From Yuukianura sp. NJ FZ-2021 (lineage: Eukaryota), in the NCBI GenBank assembly GCA_046563655.1, contig CM102286.1, forward strand, positions 14,384,001 to 14,448,000: a stretch of DNA of 64,000 nucleotides, given 5' to 3'. Positions 58,083 to 64,000 of the stretch are shown one piece after another; positions within the stretch are counted from its first letter, which is position 1, and every line of letters starts with the position of its first letter. A program made the translations under genes and the position numbers. Under the pieces are notes generated by a model. It was not told the DNA's origin and did not search any database. It was given only the letters and a program-made list of their open reading frames with translations.

Positions 58083-60866
58083 ATGCCATTTTGCAATGCA
58101 GATTCAATCAACTACTTTATAGAAAAGGCGAGGAGTTGTGCTGACACGAATCCTTACGAGTCCCGGTCATGGCTTCTCACTGCAACGTCCATCGCCCCAA
58201 CAATCTTCCAGATCCAGGTTCGCTTATCTTTGCTTTCCAATGACTAATCAAAATCAAACGTCACGATGTCAATTTTGTGTTGGTTTTTAGTTGGAGGCGT
58301 ATAATTTAGAGAAACGTCTGGAAAACGCAACTGGAGCAGCAACTACCTTTGTTACTTTGTATGTCAACAATCAATATAAGCCGCTCTGATTGATCTCACA
58401 TCTCAAACGGTATAATCTGAATGATAGTGGATTGTATTTTAAAGATTCCGGAAGTTCGTAAACTGCTTGGACGATGAAATTGGAGAGCTAGGAAACGCTG
58501 TTCGGAATCATCACATGAACAAGGGAGCCAAACACACCCCGCAAGAGGACTTTCTACTCCAAGTATTTAATGAACTACCAAAAGGTAATACCACTTAATT
58601 TTAACGAGATTCTGAGGATTCAGAATTTTCAGTGGATTAGTCTGACCTATGATTAACTCTCTGAAAAGTATTTTTGTTTTGGTAGAAATCCAGATGGAAG
58701 TGCTGATGCGGAGGTCTGAACACACAAGTGTCATCTATGAAAAGTGTCAGTTCATGCTGCTGTTGGTGAAGTTGTATCCGGATACAGTAGATACTCAGGG
58801 CGTCGGGGTACGAAGTAGGTTGGCTTGCTTTAGTAAGCCGCCATTAATTCCATCTTTCCAAAGTTTTGTAACACCATTCGTATCTTTTGATTTTTCAGGC
58901 CGATTTACTGTACAATGTCCTTGGATGTGAGTCCGACGTTTTTTCGACGTTTCGGAGTTTACTGGTGAACGAACTTGTGCCGGCAGTGCTCCAGCTGAGT
59001 ACAAATCTCGCTCCGTCCAAGCGCCTCATTGTACTGCTCAATCAGTGTATCGAGTACTTTGCATTGACCGTGGATCCACTGCTGGCTGGACGAAGTGAGG
59101 ACTTCCTGGAGCTTACAGCCAAACGGTAATTGTTCAACTATCTATCCTTACTTTTTGGATTAGTAATTGACGTTTTGACAACGTTTAGATGGGATAAACT
59201 GTTTGGAATTGTGGATCAGATTGGAGTCATCCTATCCTGGACAATTTCTCCTTTTTTCACTGGAGCATCGCAGTCCAGCTCCACTTCAGTTGAAACGACT
59301 CTCCAGTCTTTGCTCATCGCTTACCAGCACAAGGCCCACTACAGTCCCACCGAATTGGCCTATGTCTCGGTAGTGCTCTTTCTCCGTTGCCTGGTTACAG
59401 CTGACCAACTTGCCTCCTACGCTTCATCAAATTTCGGTAAGATCTGATTAATCTGTAACTTTAATTAATCCGTTAAGTAATTAACTAATTAATCCAATTT
59501 TTTCTTCCGTTGTTATCTAGGTGGACCCTCTCGGTTGACTTTAGTAGAAATATTTTATCCAACGAACCCTAGGCAAAGAAATACTTCAGCAGTTGGATCC
59601 TCGTCTTCTATCACTACAGTTTCCCACAACTACAGTGTAGTTCCTGTCCAGACATCCATCAACTCCTACTTTGTCACAGCAGTCAAACTGTGGCAGTTGA
59701 TCAGCAATGGAAATGGACAAGGTGACCTCATTGACAAGGAAGTTCGAACCATCTTTAGTTCACTCCAGCTCAGCTCGTGGCCTGTACTGGACAGATTTCT
59801 AATCGACTTTCGGATTTATACTGGTCAACACACTCCCAGCGACATTCCGCTCATCCAGCATCCACTCAAACTAGCCTCTGTCCTTTGCTCAATGAACAAC
59901 TTCAAGGTCAGATTTAAGGAAATCAAGAGTTGAGTGGCAGCATTGATGTTGAATGTTGGTTGTTTCTGTTTGTAGGGTGCTGGAGTGGCGGTGGTGAAGG
60001 CCTTGGAGTCTTTGCCACTAGCAGACGGAAGTCGAGAGAAATCGGATGGAGCGGGAAGTTCGAGTTGTTGGTCGGAGCGGGAGGACTTGAGTTTTTACAA
60101 CTACGACACTGGAAGGAACAAGACAGACTCAGCCTTGCTCAAGCGTTTTCATTTCATTTCGGAGGATCGTGTGGAATGGATATTCTATGCTGTCAACATT
60201 CTCATCGCATGCTTTCATGTAAGCCTACATACTTGCATAACATACTGGCATACTACATACATAACTTTCTTGCACATTCTTAAATTATGGCTTTGCACAC
60301 AGCCGTTAACGTTTTTGTTGTTTAGGAAAGTCTGTCGTCGGCTTCTGCAAACGAATTGTCCGTGGGTCATCTGCTGACTGTCCTGCAGTTGGAGTGGCCT
60401 TCTGCCCCAGCCGAAGTTGTGATGGACCAGATCGTTGGCCACATCCGCAGCAGAGGTCAGTTTGCATACTTTCCATACTTTGGTGACTTTGTGATTGAGC
60501 CAGACTTCCTCGAGACATTCATGTTCATGGCCAATCAGGAGTCCAAGACTGTCCTCTTGGAACTGTTTACACCCACTGCAGGGAGAGGAAGCGGGTGAGC
60601 ACAATTCAGCGTCTTTTCCTTATGAATATCCTTATAATATTCTGTAGAATAGAATATTTCATGTTTTATAATATTAATATATATTTTTTCCCAGAAGTCG
60701 TCGCATGGGAACGCGTGGAGCGGACAAAGGTGTGAAAAATGACTTGAAGCAAGCGATGGAGAAGCAAATGCGTCGTAACGACGGAACAGTCCGAATGGAA
60801 ACGCTGATCCACAAGTTCCTCGTGACTCACTCGCTTGACCTCATCCACTGTCTCAACACACTCTAA
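58083..60866 (+). CDS. INTS10: Integrator complex subunit 10
   Basis: N-terminus YFIEKAR...PYESRSWLLTATSIAPTIFQIQ|LEAYNLEK; C-terminus GHLLTVLQLEWP...FLETFMF and GTRGADKGVKNDLKQAMEKQMRR. Confidence 0.88.
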
Positions 60867-61115
60867 CATCTGAACCCTCCTATACATTTTTATTTTAGTT
60901 AATTACTTTATTTATTTAATTTTACTTTTAACACTTTTAGCATCTCATTCTTTTTTATAAAGTCAACTTTAGATTTTACACAAAACAGCTTTTTCTCAAA
61001 GTAGATATCTAGGCAAAATTTTCGTAAGCACGTTATTGTCGTTGGTGTCGAATGGCACTGAGCCTCTTATTGGCGATTTGCAGTAACGCAATGAGTTGCG
61101 TACGGTATTTGAGAT

Positions 61116-62460
61116 TCAAAGTTCGGCTCGTTTGGTGGGAATGTTTGGATCATGGTACAAGATATCCTGGTCAGGAGGACATGGCAGAGCATTTCCGAAT
61201 TCAGCATGTCGAGTATCATGTGTCGAACAGTCAATCGGAGTTAGGTTTCTATCCAAACAGAATTCCACTGCGAGGAGATGAATTTCACCCTAAGGTTCAA
61301 ATTACAAGTAATTTGAAACATTTTTCAAAAAAATTTACGTTTTTGAAAAAAATAAGTGATTTGAAACTTACGGTTTTCGTGTGTAGACATTGAACATAAG
61401 GCTGGACACCAAATGCTTGACGAAACGCCCGGTGAATCAGCTCACTCGCGTATCCTTTTCCTTCTTTCTGCTGTGGCGAAATTCCAGCATCTTTTAGAGC
61501 TTTGTACCTAATATACATAACGGAATTAATTAACTGTTCAATTAATTACTCAATTAAGTTGGTTAGAACGTGACAGGTCAATGGTTAGAGCTCTCCCCGG
61601 AATGAAGAGTTGTGGTTTCGAGTCACACTCGGTTCATTATTTTTTCCCACTGGCTTTCTTGGTCTCTCAAGGTTAGCTCTAAGGTGGTCGAGCTCTAAGC
61701 CTCAGAGTCAGCAACACTAAAAGTACTGGGCAGTACTTTGTTGCTGAGCGTCGTGTAACTTACAAATCAAACTTGGCTCTAAACTCCAATCCGGCACTGA
61801 AGTATTTGAGTTCCGTTGAAAATTGGTCCAGTACTTTGGCACAACTGCCATGTTTGATCCACTCGTGACTCCAGAAGTCAGTTGGATCCCGGGTAGCACT
61901 GATTTCGTACCAGTAGAGGTCAAGTTTTGGACGGATGGGGTCAATTAGTTCTTGGTCGAACTGGATCTTCTCACAGCAATTCGGCCCTGAAAAAATGAAA
62001 CAAAGTTGACTAAAACTCAGAATAAGGTGAAATCGGAATTTTATCAAATGTCGTCGACATTTCGTTTTATGAAATTCTAAGTTGTTACCGGAAGTGCCGG
62101 TTTGAGTAGGCCAAATTCCGTGGATGGAAAAAATGCTTGGGTTTTGTTCATAGCGACACTTGGATCCTTGATGACCGTGACCTTCCTTGAAGTCTAAACA
62201 TTCCGCATGACCCCACGTTTGTGTAAATTTGATTTCGTTAAAGTCAGTGTCATGTCCTGCTGTTGGTTCTTCTGCGCAGAATCGCTCGTACAACTCCTCA
62301 GCACCAACATTATACGTCGTACTCCTGTACAGAACACAAAGAACGCTGGGTTTAAACTTGGGAAACTTCTGGCGGGAACTTTAAATTTGAAAAGAAAATT
62401 ATTTAAAACTTACCTTATCGAAAGGAAAATCAAACACAAAATCGATGTTGAAACTCTCAT
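61116..62460 (-). CDS. RNASET2: Ribonuclease T2 family, secreted
   Basis: Signal exon MRVSTSILCLIFLSI; CAS-I FSIHGIWP; CAS-II FWSHEWIKHGSC; C-terminal VQC...VEFCLDRNLTPIDC. Confidence 0.92.
61566..61636 (+). mobile_element. tRNA-derived SINE-like element, copy 2 (in an RNase T2 intron)
   Basis: GAACGTGACAGGTCAATGGTTAGAGCTCTCCCCGGAATGAAGAGTTGTGGTTTCGAGTCACACTCGGTTCA followed by a T-run; clearly homologous to 48729-48799. Confidence 0.7.
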
Positions 62461-63101
62461 GTTCAGAATGTGCAAGTGCTTCGACAAGGTTTCTAAAATT
62501 CTAAAACAAAAAAAGTTTCGACAGATTTTTAAAAAAGTTTCTAAAATTCAAAAAAAGTAAGAAATGCTAAACAAGTTAGTTAGCAAAATTAAATACCGTA
62601 AGTTATGTGATGTGATGAAGGCGTATTAAAAGGTACGCTGTTGTTGTTGTGAGCTGTCCACTTTCTAATATCCTGTCACTGTTTTAGCACAAAAACTGAG
62701 ATTAAAGTGCAAGTTTAAAGAGCCAGGTCCGTCCGGTGGTCCAGCTCCCTGCACTTTATGTATATTTTGGGAATATCATGTTATATCCAGGAACATGGAC
62801 CGGTATGGATACATCTTCTGGTCCCCTATTCTCAAAACCTCCCGTGATGGCTTGTAAACACAAACACAAACACACGTGACTGTGAGAGACAGGTAAAATT
62901 AGCATAGACTATTTTCCGATTACTTTTTAGTACTTTTACTTTAGTACTTTTGCGGTTTTAATTCTAGTTTGCGAAGTTTTAGGCTCTGCCTCTACTGTTT
63001 ATACTTAGAAATTATACTAAATCGTCTAAAATATTTGGTGAATTCGGGAATTCCTCATGCAAAATGCGCTTCCCAAAAAATAGCACTGTAAAAAGTTGAG
63101 C

Positions 63102-64000
63102 TTAAAGGTTAACGTTTCTGGACAGACTTCTATCCCAAGATAAGAACTCCCAATCAGCAGTATCTCCCTCATCGTTTTGGATCATCCTTGCGTTTGGTCT
63201 GGCCGTCCTGCTGCTGTCACTGGCATGCAAGTACAATTCCTCTACAAAATGCTTCAACAAACTCCCATTCCCATCTAGAATCCAAACTTCGTCACACACT
63301 GACACTGGAATTAGAAAACAATCATCCATTACAATTTTAACAATAACTAATTAGTTTAATTAGTAATTAGATTAATTACTCATTGACAGATTACCTGTGA
63401 GTACTTTTGCAGTCCCGGGTATTCGTTTCCAGGAATCTCCAACAAAGTTTGTACTAGAGATTCCGCAACGTCGAAATATTTCTCCCTGCGGTGACAGTGC
63501 CCAAACTGCTGTCTCACTTCAAGTATAATGTTTAAAATTTTGAATTTCAATAATTTTGATTCAAATTTTCGAAATCGAAATCGAATTTTAAAAATCAACT
63601 AGACATTTCATACCTAATTGCCAAGCTCACAGCTTCTACCGATGGAATCAAAACCCAGGAAGTTCCGATTGGTAAATCAGGAAACACTGCTTCTCTGGCG
63701 TAAACACTTCCGCGATTATCCAGTGCAAAAACGATTCTATCAGACGGCCCAACGTAAACCTACACAAAAACGATGAAATGCAATGCGTTACTCTGAATTA
63801 GTAGTTGAAAGAATCCTAATTACTAATTGAAATTGATATGCCACCTTAGTAAATACAGCATCTAATCCATAGTTTGGAGACCCGTCAACCCTGATCCATG
63901 CTGGAGAAATATCAGTTGAGCTAGGTGGATTGAGCGATCCATTCCGAATGTAAACTCCACCACGGTCATCCACACTCCACACGAGTTCAGATCCACATGA
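63102..64000 (-). CDS. TECPR2: 3' exons of tectonin beta-propeller repeat protein 2 (autophagy adaptor); 5' end lies outside the window
   Basis: TECPR blades VWSVDDRGGVYIR, VFALDNRGSVYARE and VWALSPQGEIFRRCGI...GDSWKRIPG; near-terminal acidic LIR-like DTADWEFL. Confidence 0.82.

Overview
Gene-dense eukaryotic (arthropod) genomic window with short AT-rich GT-AG introns. An insect-type obscurin together with a Sec-containing SelW suggests a non-insect hexapod such as a springtail (inference only). Gene order: 3' end of a possible MA3-domain gene, FABP (with a TIR/8-bp-TSD MITE in its 5' intron), selenoprotein W (in-frame UGA plus a type II SECIS), alpha-arrestin, phosphomevalonate kinase, four tandem genes for unrecognised Cys-rich secreted prepropeptides, a large ankyrin-repeat gene carrying a degenerate arginine-kinase module and a Dpy-30/DYDC docking motif, ITFG1/LINKIN, obscurin/Unc-89 (~21 kb), HGH1, a clan-2 cytochrome P450, a histidine phosphatase, SUGCT, a GCGCAGT satellite, CCDC96, INTS10, RNase T2 and the 3' end of TECPR2. 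Most notable: (1) the recoded SelW, whose Sec-containing exon is missing from the ORF track; (2) the peptide cluster, with a two-peptide precursor design and one copy whose UGA removes only the second peptide; (3) the ankyrin gene, whose splice phases imply mutually exclusive C-termini (pseudo-arginine kinase versus Dpy-30 plus ankyrin). All exon models and family calls come from manual reading and recalled motifs, not database searches.
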